Source: an uncultured Oscillospiraceae bacterium
GTDB taxonomy: Bacteria; Bacillota; Clostridia; Oscillospirales; Butyricicoccaceae
DNA length: 64,000 nucleotides
NCBI GenBank assembly: GCA_964370735.1
Contig: CAYJLC010000004.1
Location: 30,824 to 94,823, forward strand
Direction of reading: 5' to 3'
The position numbers were made by a program, and so were the translations under genes. The notes beneath the pieces are model-generated. The model worked only from the letters and a program-made list of their open reading frames with translations, had not been told where the DNA came from and did no database searches. Numbering within the stretch: the stretch's first letter is position 1; every line of letters begins with the position of its first letter. Of this stretch, positions 54,369-64,000 are shown in pieces.

Positions 54369-54944
54369 TTAATATCCTAAGCTTTCCTCGATTAAAATCA
54401 ATTCGTAGCTAGAAATTCCTGTTGGTTTTCGTTCTAAAATAGCAGTCGCTCTGCAAATTCTGTCGTCTGAGTTGCAATCGTAACATTTCATTTCATCAGC
54501 CACAGCACATGGAGTATTTCGGTTAAGCCTTTTTGCATTTAGTGGCGAGGCGATATTTTTTGCACGAGATATAGCAGACGAAACGTCATCACATAGCTTG
54601 TTTGTGCCACAGATAACAATTACTTTGCTCGGTCCATAAATACTTGCAGAAACTCTATTTCCTCTGCCGTCAATATTCACGATAACACCTGTTTTAGACA
54701 AGGCATTCGCCGATGTTATGTAGGTGTCTGGTGTTTGACATAGGTTTCCTTCTGCGACAGAAAATACTTGATTTTGCTCCTTTAAAGCATTTGTAAGGTC
54801 TAATGCGTGACATGTCATAGACCCTCCGATAGAAACTTTTTGCGAGATTATGCTGTCTAAAAGATAATTTTTTGCATCATTTGCACTTTCAAAATAAGAT
54901 ACCGAAAAACCATGTTTTTCAAAATTTTCAATTACACTTTTCAT
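54369..54944 (-). CDS. LUD-domain (LutC/YkgG-like) protein
   Basis: ..FEKHGFSVSYFESANDAKNYLL..VSIGGSMT.. and ..GPSKVIVICGTNKL.. patterns are typical of the lactate-utilisation LUD domain. Confidence 0.7.
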   Translation of the reverse strand: MKSVIENFEKHGFSVSYFESANDAKNYLLDSIISQKVSIGGSMTCHALDLTNALKEQNQVFSVAEGNLCQTPDTYITSANALSKTGVIVNIDGRGNRVSASIYGPSKVIVICGTNKLCDDVSSAISRAKNIASPLNAKRLNRNTPCAVADEMKCYDCNSDDRICRATAILERKPTGISSYELILIEESLGY

Positions 54945-54953
54945 AACTTCCCC

Positions 54954-55595
54954 CTAAAATAATTTTAAAATTTCGCTTGTATCATCGATAATTATATCTG
55001 CACCTGCTTTTTTAAGTTCGTCGGTAGTTCTAAAACCCCAAGAAACGCCGATAGTATAAATTCCAGCATTTTTCCCTGTATGTATATCGACTTCAGAGTC
55101 GCCTACAAAGATGCTCTCGTCGAGTTTTGAGTCTAGCATATCTAAAATATAAAAAATCCCATCTGGGGCAGGTTTTTTATCCATATCATTTGTTTGACCT
55201 TTTACTTGGTCGAAAATATTCGGAAAAACTTCTAAAGCAAGCTCTTTTGCAGGTAAATCGGGCTTGTTTGTTAAAATTGCAAGCTTTATATTCTTTGCTT
55301 TTAGAGCAGATAACATATCTATTACACCATTATATGGATTTGTTGTGTCGTTTTTGTGAAGAGAGTAATACTCACAATAATCATTATAAACCTTATCGAA
55401 AACTTCGTCAGTAGTCACCTGTCCTATCGATTTATAGATTAGCATTTTAGCACCATTTCCGATAAAAGACTTAACTTCGTCTATCGTTCTTTCAGGAAAT
55501 CCATTTAGTTTCAACGCGTAATTTACGCCGGTATATAGGTCGTTTAATGTGTTTAAAAGAGTTCCATCTAAGTCGAATATTGCAGTATTATACAT
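54954..55595 (-). CDS. HAD-family hydrolase (phosphoglycolate phosphatase-like)
   Basis: Motif I is IFDLDGTLLNT. Motif II is ..LAILTNK... Motif IV is ..VGDSEVDI... Confidence 0.85.
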   Translation of the reverse strand: MYNTAIFDLDGTLLNTLNDLYTGVNYALKLNGFPERTIDEVKSFIGNGAKMLIYKSIGQVTTDEVFDKVYNDYCEYYSLHKNDTTNPYNGVIDMLSALKAKNIKLAILTNKPDLPAKELALEVFPNIFDQVKGQTNDMDKKPAPDGIFYILDMLDSKLDESIFVGDSEVDIHTGKNAGIYTIGVSWGFRTTDELKKAGADIIIDDTSEILKLF

Positions 55596-56472
55596 TTCTT
55601 TTTCCTCCTACTTTAAATCCATGGCCTAAAACTTCTCTTACATCGGATACGATTAGAAACGCATTAGGGTCGATATCTATAACAATTTTTTTGATAGCAG
55701 GGATTTCTTTAATTCGCATAGCGCAGATAATAACATTTTTTCTAGCGCTTGTATATGCACCATGTCCTTCGAGTAAAGTTGCACCACGATTGATGTCTGA
55801 TACGATTTTTTTTGCGATTATTTCGTTATAGTCAGAAATAATATATACCATTTTCGCATTATCAGGACCTTCGATAACCATGTCGATTACTCGTGTGCTT
55901 ATATAAATTGCAATTGTTGCATATAGTGCATTTTCTATACTTCCAAAAACGAAAGCAGACCAAACAACCACGAAAATATCGATAAACATCATAATTTGCC
56001 CAAGGCTCAAATGTGGTTTTGAAACTTGTATAACTTTAGTTATAATATCTGTTCCACCAGTAGAACTGCCGACAGAGAAAACCAAACCTAATCCTAAACC
56101 TAGCAAAATCCCACCGAAAACAGTGGCTAAAAACGGCTCTAAGATTATAGGATTATCCTCATAAAAACGTGCAAGCATATCAATTAAAACAGATGCAATT
56201 GTTACTGTGAAAATTGTTGTTATCGCAAAGAATTTCCCGAGTTTTTTAAATGCTATAAAATAAAGCGGGACATTCATAACAGATAAAAGGGTACCAGACG
56301 GAAGCCCTGTCATAAAGTTTATAATAACGCTGATACCAGTAAATCCGCCAGGGGCGATATTATAGGGTTCTAGGAAAAAAGATAGGGAAGTTGCATATAG
56401 AGAAGACCCTATTATGATAACAACTAGATTTTTAATTAGTAGTTTTATTTCAAAATTTTTCATTGTATTCAC
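55588..56472 (-). CDS. YitT family membrane protein (with a C-terminal DUF2179 domain)
   Basis: It is polytopic at the N-terminus. The C-terminal ..RGATLLEGHGAYTSARKNVIICAMRIKEIPAIKKIV..DPNAFLIVSDVREVLGHGF is present. Confidence 0.85.
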   Translation of the reverse strand: MNTMKNFEIKLLIKNLVVIIIGSSLYATSLSFFLEPYNIAPGGFTGISVIINFMTGLPSGTLLSVMNVPLYFIAFKKLGKFFAITTIFTVTIASVLIDMLARFYEDNPIILEPFLATVFGGILLGLGLGLVFSVGSSTGGTDIITKVIQVSKPHLSLGQIMMFIDIFVVVWSAFVFGSIENALYATIAIYISTRVIDMVIEGPDNAKMVYIISDYNEIIAKKIVSDINRGATLLEGHGAYTSARKNVIICAMRIKEIPAIKKIVIDIDPNAFLIVSDVREVLGHGFKVGGKRNV

Positions 56473-56501
56473 CTTAAAAAAACCTCCGATAGGTCGGAGG
56501 A

Positions 56502-57161
56502 TTAATATATTTTATGCTCAGTTTTTGTCATTACATAGTAGCCGTCTATAAAACAGCTTGCAAAAACTTGTGGTTTTTCACCTTTAACACCATCTCTGCC
56601 AATTTGAGAGTAAAAGCTATACATATCACCGTTTTCAAGTTCATATCTTAGCACAAAAGTGTGATTATATCCTTCGCTGAAAGTTAAAACATCGAATAGA
56701 ACATATTTAGCATTAGAAAGACCACAGATTTCCATGTCGTTTACACAAACTTTGGCGATTTTTTCATCTAAATTTGATGATACGCTAGTGCCAAAAGCCT
56801 TGTTTGAAACAGAAAGTCCGTTTATAAAAGCAAAAAGCTTTGCCTTAGTTTCGATTTCTCGAACTTCATCAGGGTTTTTAGCGCTAAATTCAAGCTTTTC
56901 GATGATTGGTTTCGCTTTTTTTAGGCATAAAGACTTCATTTTGCTGTCTGTGATGTGTTGATATACTTCTTTTCCGTCAGAATAAATGTCATACTCGAAA
57001 TCAGAAGGCTCTAAATTTTCCATTACAATTTTTTTATAATTAATCATATCAGAAAATTTACTTGGCGTCAATTGAAGAGAAAATTCAGTCAGTTTTCTTT
57101 TGAAAAAAGTCGAATTTTCCTCCCATTTTTCTAAAAATAGTTGTGATTTGTTGCAGTTCAT
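56502..57161 (-). CDS. Hypothetical cytoplasmic protein
   Basis: It is a long ORF in an operon-like array. I recognised no motif. Confidence 0.5.
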   Translation of the reverse strand: MNCNKSQLFLEKWEENSTFFKRKLTEFSLQLTPSKFSDMINYKKIVMENLEPSDFEYDIYSDGKEVYQHITDSKMKSLCLKKAKPIIEKLEFSAKNPDEVREIETKAKLFAFINGLSVSNKAFGTSVSSNLDEKIAKVCVNDMEICGLSNAKYVLFDVLTFSEGYNHTFVLRYELENGDMYSFYSQIGRDGVKGEKPQVFASCFIDGYYVMTKTEHKIY

Positions 57162-57170
57162 AGTATCTCC

Positions 57171-58196
57171 TTATTTATTTATATATGCAAAATTTTCTGG
57201 TTTATACATATTTGAAATTACACCTTTATTTAAAGCAGAAAAGCTTTCAAATGTTGCGATTTGGTATTCGGTTGAAACAGGAATGTAGACAGTGTCGCAA
57301 ATTTCAGCAAAAAGCATAGGCGACTCAAAAGTAGAATCATCGTTTAAAAAAGCTTTTTCGGATAAAGCGATAGACATTTTAGCAGTTATATTCTCATCAA
57401 AAAGTTTTAAATTTTCGACTAAAACATCAGTAGTCGACATTTCGTCGTCTTTATAGTTTACATATCCTAAAATACCTTCGGCGACAAAATGGAAGCCCGA
57501 AAGTAAAATTTCATCAAAACCAAGGCTTTCAATTTCTTTACACACTTCGATTAAATATGCATTTGAACTTTCGCTATAAGGGTCGAGCGTTCGATTTCCG
57601 TTAATATCTAGGAAAATATAGCCCGAGTTTGTCATAGTAGCGCCTGTGCCATACGCTCGTATATATAAATTATCCGTATAGGTAAAAACTTCGGCGATTA
57701 AATACACATTTGCAGATTTAAGTGTAGAAATTGCGTCTGTTAGGTCAGTTTCTGTCGTTAAATTTTCATAAGAAAGCGAAGTTTGGTAATTTATTGTGCC
57801 ACTGTAATTTTTAATAGGAATAACAACGCCAGAAATTTCTTTTGCATTTGATTTTGCGATTAAATCATCGATATAAAGGCTGTCTGTCGCCTTTGTTACA
57901 TCAAAATAAAGAGCATTTGTTGTGATTTCAACGGGAAGAGTAGGCTCAGGAGGTGTCTCCGGAGCTGTTTCTTCTTCGATTACGATATTAGAATTTAATT
58001 CCTCTGTATCGGTTTTAACAGGGGGAGTTTGACTGAAATTAAAAGAAATTCCGTCAGAAGAAATTATAAAGCTGTCTTGTAAAAAAAAGAATGCGACAGC
58101 TAAAAGCAAAACAGCAAAAAACATAATAACTAACACATTTTTTGCTGTATTGAATTTTTTCTTGCGATTGTATTTATTATAGCTACTTTTATACAT
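57171..58196 (-). CDS. Membrane-anchored protein, possibly DUF4015/GHL-type putative glycoside hydrolase
   Basis: It has an N-terminal TM. Segments ..GVVIPIKNYSGTINY.., ..VYLIAEVFTYTD.. and ..LGFDEILLSGFHF.. resemble DUF4015 as I recall it. Confidence 0.4.
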   Translation of the reverse strand: MYKSSYNKYNRKKKFNTAKNVLVIMFFAVLLLAVAFFFLQDSFIISSDGISFNFSQTPPVKTDTEELNSNIVIEEETAPETPPEPTLPVEITTNALYFDVTKATDSLYIDDLIAKSNAKEISGVVIPIKNYSGTINYQTSLSYENLTTETDLTDAISTLKSANVYLIAEVFTYTDNLYIRAYGTGATMTNSGYIFLDINGNRTLDPYSESSNAYLIEVCKEIESLGFDEILLSGFHFVAEGILGYVNYKDDEMSTTDVLVENLKLFDENITAKMSIALSEKAFLNDDSTFESPMLFAEICDTVYIPVSTEYQIATFESFSALNKGVISNMYKPENFAYINK

Positions 58197-58239
58197 AATT
58201 CACCTTTAAAAATTATTTATCCAAGGTAAATTACACAAG

Positions 58240-59022
58240 TTATGATATAGTGATAATCTTTCTTGGACATTTTAAAATGCACTTTTTGCAGTTTATACAC
58301 TTATCATAATCTATAATCGCCAAATTGTCAACCATATCTATTGCATTTTCTGGACATTCTTTTTGACATAGCTTACAACCGATGCAAGAAACTGCACAAT
58401 TTGCCTTTGAAACTACACCTTTGTCGTGTGAAGAACATGGGATATCTATTATTTTATCATAATTTTTTAATTTTATTAAATTTTTTGGACATGTAGTGAT
58501 ACATTTTTTGCAAGCAGTACATTTTTCTGGGTTAATAATAGCAACACCGTCGACAATTTTGATTGCATCAAATGGACATGCGCGAACACAGTTTCCAAAA
58601 CCTAGACAACCGTAGTTGCAGTTTAAGTTTCCACCTAAAGTATTTGAAACCACGAAACAGTCTTCAATCCCTGCATAATTAAATTTTACATTTGCATTTT
58701 TTCCACCCTTGCATGAAACGAATGCACTCTCTTTTACAAAATCGGTGGCTTCAACTCCTAAAATCGAAAAAATCTTATCAGAAACAGATTTGCCACCGAC
58801 AGGACATCCGTTAGCGTTAGCGTTTCCTGAAACTAATGCTTCGGCAAAGGAAGCACAGCCAGTAAAGTCACATCCACCACAGTTTGCGCCAGGTAAAGCA
58901 TCACATATCGCCTCGATGCGCTCGTCTTTTGGCACTGCTAGAAATCTAGCAGCCAGCCATAAGATTACAGCAAAAAGAAGTCCCATTCCACCTAAAATAA
59001 GCGCAGAATATAAAATTGACAT
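58240..59022 (-). CDS. rnfB: Rnf electron transport complex subunit B
   Basis: It has an N-terminal TM and a CGGCDFTGC cluster. Several CxxCxxCxxxCP ferredoxin motifs are present. Confidence 0.9.
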   Translation of the reverse strand: MSILYSALILGGMGLLFAVILWLAARFLAVPKDERIEAICDALPGANCGGCDFTGCASFAEALVSGNANANGCPVGGKSVSDKIFSILGVEATDFVKESAFVSCKGGKNANVKFNYAGIEDCFVVSNTLGGNLNCNYGCLGFGNCVRACPFDAIKIVDGVAIINPEKCTACKKCITTCPKNLIKLKNYDKIIDIPCSSHDKGVVSKANCAVSCIGCKLCQKECPENAIDMVDNLAIIDYDKCINCKKCILKCPRKIITIS

Positions 59023-59034
59023 ATTAAACCTCCC

Positions 59035-59619
59035 TTAAAATATCTTAAGTCCACTAAAGCCCATGAAAGCCATAGCTATTAGACCCGCTGATATTAAAGC
59101 AATTGGCATACCTTTGAAGCTTTTTGGAACATTCATAAGTTCTAAACGTTCTCTAACACTTGCAAATAATACGATAGCAACCAAGAAACCAATTCCCGCT
59201 GCAAAGCCGTTTATGATTGAGCCGATAAAATTTAGCTCGTCGGTAGTATTTAAAATAGCAACACCTAAAACTGCACAGTTTGTTGTTATTAGTGGCAGGA
59301 AAATTCCAAGAGAGCTGTATAAAACAGGCATTGTTTTGCGTAAAAACATTTCTACTAATTGAACTAAAGTTGCGATTACTAAAATAAATGCGATAGTTTG
59401 CATAAATTCGATTTCTAGCATTATAAGAATTTGATTTACACCAAAGGTAACGGCAGAAGCGATTGTCATTACAAAAGTAACGGCAAGACCCATACCAACC
59501 GAAGTATCGATTTTTTTAGAAACACCTAAGAAAGGACAAATGCCTAAAAACTGCATTAAAACGAAGTTTTCAATTAAAATTGCAGATATAGAAATACCTA
59601 AAATCTCTGTAAAACCCAT
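59035..59619 (-). CDS. rnfA: Rnf complex subunit A
   Basis: It is a polytopic protein of 194 aa. ..ENFVLMQFLGICPFLGVS.. is present. Confidence 0.9.
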   Translation of the reverse strand: MGFTEILGISISAILIENFVLMQFLGICPFLGVSKKIDTSVGMGLAVTFVMTIASAVTFGVNQILIMLEIEFMQTIAFILVIATLVQLVEMFLRKTMPVLYSSLGIFLPLITTNCAVLGVAILNTTDELNFIGSIINGFAAGIGFLVAIVLFASVRERLELMNVPKSFKGMPIALISAGLIAMAFMGFSGLKIF

Positions 59620-60260
59620 TATTTTTCCCTCCTTTTATTAGCGATGAATTGAATGAATGCTACTATAAACCCTAGAGTTATAAATGCACCAGCTGGGCTT
59701 GCGATAAGGCTTAAAACTGGGTAACTAAATCCGGCTTTTTCAAAGGCTGCTACGATATCGAAAGATATGTCGCCCCAAAGCGTGATTGAGCCTTTACCGA
59801 TGATTTCCCTTACTGTCGCTAATATACATATAGCCACTGCAAAACCAAGTCCCATTGAAAGTCCGTCTACGATAGATGGTAGTAATTTATTTTTTGAGGC
59901 AAATGATTCTGCTCTTGCAAGGATTATGCAGTTTACAACTATTAGTGGTATAAAAATACCTAAAGTGCTTGCTAAATCAGGCAAATATGCTTTAACTACC
60001 ATGTCGACAATAGACACAAAGCCTGCGATGATTACGATATACGAGGCAATTCTTATTTTCGGTGAAATAACGTTTCTAAGGAGTGAAATTACTATGTTTG
60101 AGCAAATTAAAACGAAAATTACAGCAAGACCCATACCGATACCATTGCTTAGTGTGGTAGAAATAGCAAGGACAGGACACATTCCGATAAATTGAACTAA
60201 AACAGGGTTATTTGTTAAAACTCCGTCTTTTATTTGTTTAAGATAACTATTCATTCGCAC
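59619..60260 (-). CDS. rnfE: Rnf complex subunit E
   Basis: ..NPVLVQFIGMCPVLA.. is present. It is polytopic, 213 aa. Confidence 0.9.
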   Translation of the reverse strand: MRMNSYLKQIKDGVLTNNPVLVQFIGMCPVLAISTTLSNGIGMGLAVIFVLICSNIVISLLRNVISPKIRIASYIVIIAGFVSIVDMVVKAYLPDLASTLGIFIPLIVVNCIILARAESFASKNKLLPSIVDGLSMGLGFAVAICILATVREIIGKGSITLWGDISFDIVAAFEKAGFSYPVLSLIASPAGAFITLGFIVAFIQFIANKRREK

Positions 60261-61308
60261 CCTCCTTAATCGTTTTTAGGTAGTCAATAGCTGCTTGAAC
60301 AGAGTATTTATACGCATTTGAAGATGCTGTTGCACCACTCATAGCGTCTATTTGCTCTGTGCTATCTGTGATACCGACAAATTGTGATTCAAAAGGCGCT
60401 TGCAAATCTGTGCCTAAACCTTTTGTTTCTTCGTAATACGCGACAACAGTTTCTGTTATAACGCTGTCTTTATCGAATATTGTTAGAATTTCTAGTGGAC
60501 CCTCATAGGCATCGACAGAAGTTTTAACGATATAGCCTAAGATTTCTTCACCATTTTTTGCAGTGATAAAATTAGTTAAAACTGCGTCTGCGTCGCTAGT
60601 AAGAGTGCCTTCTACAAAGTCAGTTGCACTTTCGAAATAGCTAAGGTATGGCGATGGGGCAGGAGTATCGGTAGAACCATCGTCACTGCTAGATGTGGAA
60701 GTATTTTCGCGTAAAAATGCAAGGGCAGTTCTAATGCCTAATTTGTATGCGTTAGATGAAATTGTAGCACCGCTTATAGCGTCCACTGCATCTGTGTTTT
60801 CAGAAAGTCCGATGAATTGGTTTATAAATGGAATTTCTTCTTTAGAACCGATGCCTTGGGTTTCTACATGGGAGATAACTTTTGAGTTTACGATAGTAAG
60901 ATTTTCATCGCACACAACAAGAATTTTCATATCGCCACCAAAACCAGAAACAACAGTGTTAACAGCATAACCGATTATATCTTCGCCATCTTTTGCGATA
61001 TAGAAACTGTCGATTATATCGTTTGTGTTTTCGTCGAGTGGTGTTTCAGTAAATTCAGTAGCTTTTGGCAAAAATTCGCTTAAAGCTTGGTTCATAGCAT
61101 TTATTTCGTTTTGTAAAATAACAGGTGCTGTAACAGAGTTTACTGCTGCTAGAAGCGTTGCGATTATTGAAGTTATTAAAAATAAAGTGGTAACTAGTCT
61201 TGCGACTTCAAATTTCTTATAAAAATTGCGAATAGCAGTAAGTGTGATTTTTGTGTATTTAACTATCGCCCCACCGAATTTTTTTAATCCGTCTAAAAAC
61301 TTATCCAT
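60247..61308 (-). CDS. rnfG: Rnf complex subunit G with two tandem FMN-binding domains
   Basis: It has an N-terminal TM. Two FMN_bind modules each end in a flavinylation-type motif (DAISGATISSNAY and DAMSGATASSNAY). Confidence 0.85.
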   Translation of the reverse strand: MDKFLDGLKKFGGAIVKYTKITLTAIRNFYKKFEVARLVTTLFLITSIIATLLAAVNSVTAPVILQNEINAMNQALSEFLPKATEFTETPLDENTNDIIDSFYIAKDGEDIIGYAVNTVVSGFGGDMKILVVCDENLTIVNSKVISHVETQGIGSKEEIPFINQFIGLSENTDAVDAISGATISSNAYKLGIRTALAFLRENTSTSSSDDGSTDTPAPSPYLSYFESATDFVEGTLTSDADAVLTNFITAKNGEEILGYIVKTSVDAYEGPLEILTIFDKDSVITETVVAYYEETKGLGTDLQAPFESQFVGITDSTEQIDAMSGATASSNAYKYSVQAAIDYLKTIKEGANE

Positions 61309-62305
61309 GGTTTTCCTCCTTTTTAATTCTAATAAAGCTTGGAGAACCGAATTTTCTTGGAAGTGTATATTTATCGATTAAGTATACTAGGATATTCATG
61401 ATAAGTATAGCATAAGATGCACCTTCGGCAGAACCACCGAAAAATCTTAAAAATACTGTTATAAGCCCACAACCAATACCGAAAACAAGTTTACCTTTTT
61501 TTGTGATAGGGCTTGTTACATAGTCGGTTGCCATAAAGAATGCTGCAAGCATAAGTCCACCACCGAATACATGATAGGTTGCAAATAGTAAAGGATCATT
61601 TGAACCAGGGAAAAGGTAAGTTAGAATAAACACTGTGCCTAAGAAAGACAGTGGAATTATCGGGTTTATAACACGTCGAACAAATAAATATAACGCTCCG
61701 ATTATTATTGCAAAAACCGAAGTTTCGCCTATTGTTCCTGCTACTTGACCTATGAATAAATCATTTATTGTTTCAGAAGGTAGCATACCTGCTTTTAAAT
61801 CGGCTAATGGAGTGGCAGAAGATATAGCGTCTACCACATTGCCATATAGTGGTAGTGATTGACCTGGTAATGTGAAAGTAGTCATTTCAGTTGTAAAACA
61901 TAAAACGATGAAAATTCTCGCTGCTAGTGCTGGGTTTACAATGTTTTGACCTAGACCACCAAATATCATTTTAATTACGATGATTGCAAAGACAGAACCG
62001 AAAGAGGCTATCCATAAAGGGATTGCAACAGGTAGATTATAGGCAAAAAGTATGCCTGTAATTACACACGAAAGGTCTTTGATTGTGATAGTTTGTTTTG
62101 AGATTAAATTAAATGCAAGTTCAGAAAGAATTGCAGAAATTACACAAACAAAAGTTATAACAAGTGCTCTAAAGCCAAATGTTAACACAGACATAATAAG
62201 CGCAGGAATTAATGCGATTATGACATCTGCCATTATAGCTGTCGTACCTTCGGCAGTTTTGATATGCGGACCGGAAGTGACGTAAACTTTTTTTAAATCA
62301 GACAT
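61301..62305 (-). CDS. rnfD: Rnf complex subunit D
   Basis: It is polytopic. ..VTSGPHI.. is near the N-terminus and ..ATDYVTSP.. near the C-terminus. Confidence 0.9.
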   Translation of the reverse strand: MSDLKKVYVTSGPHIKTAEGTTAIMADVIIALIPALIMSVLTFGFRALVITFVCVISAILSELAFNLISKQTITIKDLSCVITGILFAYNLPVAIPLWIASFGSVFAIIVIKMIFGGLGQNIVNPALAARIFIVLCFTTEMTTFTLPGQSLPLYGNVVDAISSATPLADLKAGMLPSETINDLFIGQVAGTIGETSVFAIIIGALYLFVRRVINPIIPLSFLGTVFILTYLFPGSNDPLLFATYHVFGGGLMLAAFFMATDYVTSPITKKGKLVFGIGCGLITVFLRFFGGSAEGASYAILIMNILVYLIDKYTLPRKFGSPSFIRIKKEENHG

Positions 62306-62316
62306 ATTTTTTCTCC

Positions 62317-63621
62317 TTATTTACGCATCATTATTTTGTCTTTTGTGGCTTTGAAATTTTGAACTAAATCAATTCTTGCAGGGCATTCGTAAGAACAACA
62401 ACCGCAGAAAACGCAGTCTAGCCCACCTATTTTTTTATATTCATCAAATTTATCTTTTTTTGCATATAAGTTCATATAAATCGGTGCAAGTTTCATAGGA
62501 CAGACATTTGTACAACGTCCACAACGGATACAAGAAGGATTATTTGTGCGCTTATCTTCATTTCCCATAAAGGCTAAAAATGCATTTGTGCCTTTAACAA
62601 CAGGAATATCGGTAGTAAATTGTGCAGCTCCCATCATAGGACCACCCAAGATAAGTTTATTTGGCTCGTCTTTAAAACCACCTGCCTCAGAAACTAGGTG
62701 TGTGATAGGTGTGCCGATTGGTGCTTCTAAGTTTTTAGGATTTGCAATAGCCGAACCAGAAACAGTAACCACACGTCTAAGCATAGGTGCGCCTGTTTCA
62801 AATACACGATTTATAGCAATTACTGTATCGACATTAAAAACCACGCACGATACATCAGACGGAAGTTTTCCAGATGGTACTTGACGTTTTGTTAGCGAGT
62901 AGATAAGTTGTTTTTCAGCACCCTGTGGAAATCTAGTTGGTAGCGGGACTAATTTTGCTGTGCAATCTTGCACTCTTATTTCTTCGCGAATTGTTTCAAA
63001 AACATTTTTTTTATTTTTTTCGATACCGATTAAAATATTTGTAATACCAAATAATTTTTCTAAAATCAATATACCAGAAATTAATTTTTCTGGATATTCT
63101 AAAAGTAGTCTATGGTCAGAAGTTATGTATGGTTCACATTCGGCAGCGTTAATGATTATCGTGTCTATTTTATCGATTGCAGAACTGATTTTAACATGGG
63201 TTGGGAATGCAGCACCACCATGGCCGACAATACCTGCATTTTTGATGGCGTCTGTGATTTGCTTTTGAGTCATTTTTTTGTAATTATATTCTTTAAACTC
63301 GACATATTCGTTTGCAAAGTCATTTTTAATAACAATTGTTTTAACTTTTCTGCCTTGGCTTGTCATCATATCTTTGATTTCGGTAACATTACCAGAAACA
63401 GAAGAATGAATAGGTGCCGACATAAAGCTGTCACTATCTGCAACTTTTTGTCCGATTTTAACTTTATCGCCTATGTTTACAATCGGTTCACAAGGAGCTC
63501 CGATATGCATTGACATTGGTAGATATATAAACTCCGGGGGAGTAATTTTTTCTATTGGTTTTGAATTAGTGTGAGATTTATTATCTTCTGGGTGTATCCC
63601 ACCACGCCACTTAAATATCAA
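62317..63621 (-). CDS. rnfC: Rnf complex subunit C
   Basis: ..GIVGHGGAAFPTHVK.. is present. Two C-terminal 4Fe-4S motifs are present (CIRCGRCTNVCP, CVFCGCCSYECP). Confidence 0.9.
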   Translation of the reverse strand: MIFKWRGGIHPEDNKSHTNSKPIEKITPPEFIYLPMSMHIGAPCEPIVNIGDKVKIGQKVADSDSFMSAPIHSSVSGNVTEIKDMMTSQGRKVKTIVIKNDFANEYVEFKEYNYKKMTQKQITDAIKNAGIVGHGGAAFPTHVKISSAIDKIDTIIINAAECEPYITSDHRLLLEYPEKLISGILILEKLFGITNILIGIEKNKKNVFETIREEIRVQDCTAKLVPLPTRFPQGAEKQLIYSLTKRQVPSGKLPSDVSCVVFNVDTVIAINRVFETGAPMLRRVVTVSGSAIANPKNLEAPIGTPITHLVSEAGGFKDEPNKLILGGPMMGAAQFTTDIPVVKGTNAFLAFMGNEDKRTNNPSCIRCGRCTNVCPMKLAPIYMNLYAKKDKFDEYKKIGGLDCVFCGCCSYECPARIDLVQNFKATKDKIMMRK

Positions 63622-63777
63622 TTAAATCACCTCTTAAATATTTTTTCTAATTATAACACTAATTTTAGCAAAAATCAATAGCTAATATACTAGTTTTTTA
63701 ATATTTTTTAACTTATTTGCAACAAAAATTGTTAAAAAATTGACTATCTGCTAATTTTTAATATTATTTTTTATATG

Positions 63778-63806
63778 TTGATTTATTAACAATTATTTGG
63801 TATAAT
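63778..63806 (+). promoter_or_regulatory. Sigma-A type promoter upstream of the cyclophilin gene
   Basis: TTGATT (63778-63783), a 17-nt spacer, then TATAAT (63801-63806). Confidence 0.5.
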
Positions 63807-63846
63807 TAAAAGTAATGAATAAAATTAAAAAAGGAGATATATTATT

Positions 63847-64000
63847 ATGTCAAACCCAATTATCACATTTAAAATCGAGGATTTCGGAAATATCAAAGTA
63901 GAACTTTACCCAGAAATTGCAAAAAACACTGTTAATAACTTTCTAGCTCTTGCAGGCGAAGGTTTTTACAATGGAAAAATCTTTCATAGAGTAATTCGTG
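63847..64000 (+). CDS. Cyclophilin-type peptidyl-prolyl cis-trans isomerase (3' end beyond the window)
   Basis: Hand translation: MSNPIITFKIEDFGNIKVELYPEIAKNTVNNFLALAGEGFYNGKIFHRVIR. AAAGGAG lies upstream. It is open to the window edge. Confidence 0.85.
   Translation, partial: MSNPIITFKIEDFGNIKVELYPEIAKNTVNNFLALAGEGFYNGKIFHRVIR

Overview
This is an AT-rich, Firmicutes/Clostridia-style chromosomal window. I saw no rRNA, tRNA, CRISPR, transposase or integrase.

Left 26 kb (all + strand): the 3' part of pheT comes first. It is followed by a LacI-controlled sugar/polyol catabolic operon: class II ketose-bisphosphate aldolase, LacI regulator, FGGY kinase, Zn polyol dehydrogenase, aldo-keto reductase, FucU/RbsD mutarotase and a GatZ/KbaZ-like protein. 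Next is what reads as a Gram-positive utilisation locus for a sulfated glycan. It holds a membrane-spanning AraC one-component regulator, an LplABC-type ABC importer, a cytoplasmic beta-helix enzyme, a cytoplasmic Cys-type sulfatase, and a 1799-aa secreted beta-helix/Big_2/3xSLH wall-anchored protein.

Middle: a ytrA-like GntR-ABC module, a pseudouridine synthase, acpS-lipoprotein-alr-mazF, and recD2-comFC-mreB.

Right 27 kb (mostly - strand):
- apgM, a split TauE pair, and an FtsA-like ATPase with an acidic lipoprotein.
- The late flagellar operon flgM-flgN-flgK-flgL-DUF6470-fliW-csrA-yjfB.
- rpmG-secE-nusG-rplK-rplA and a DUF1846 gene.
- Two tiny Cys-rich TM peptides that are missing from the ORF track.
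- Several housekeeping or hypothetical genes, rnfCDGEAB, and the start of a cyclophilin gene.

Most unusual observations:
1. The conserved acpS-ydcC-alr-mazE-mazF neighbourhood lacks mazE. It carries a noncoding ~80-nt tandem repeat in that slot.
2. A modular family of GC-rich hairpin repeats is scattered through intergenic and intercistronic spacers. Compensatory stem changes occur between copies.
3. A perfect 12-bp palindrome, CGAAACGTTTCG, occurs five times in and around the catabolic operon.
4. The catabolic operon is isomerase-free (reductase/dehydrogenase/kinase/aldolase) and is coupled to the sulfatase/beta-helix locus.
5. Four TTGTG boxes are phased at about 30 bp upstream of the ABC importer promoter.

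All functional calls come from motif recognition by eye. No searches were run.
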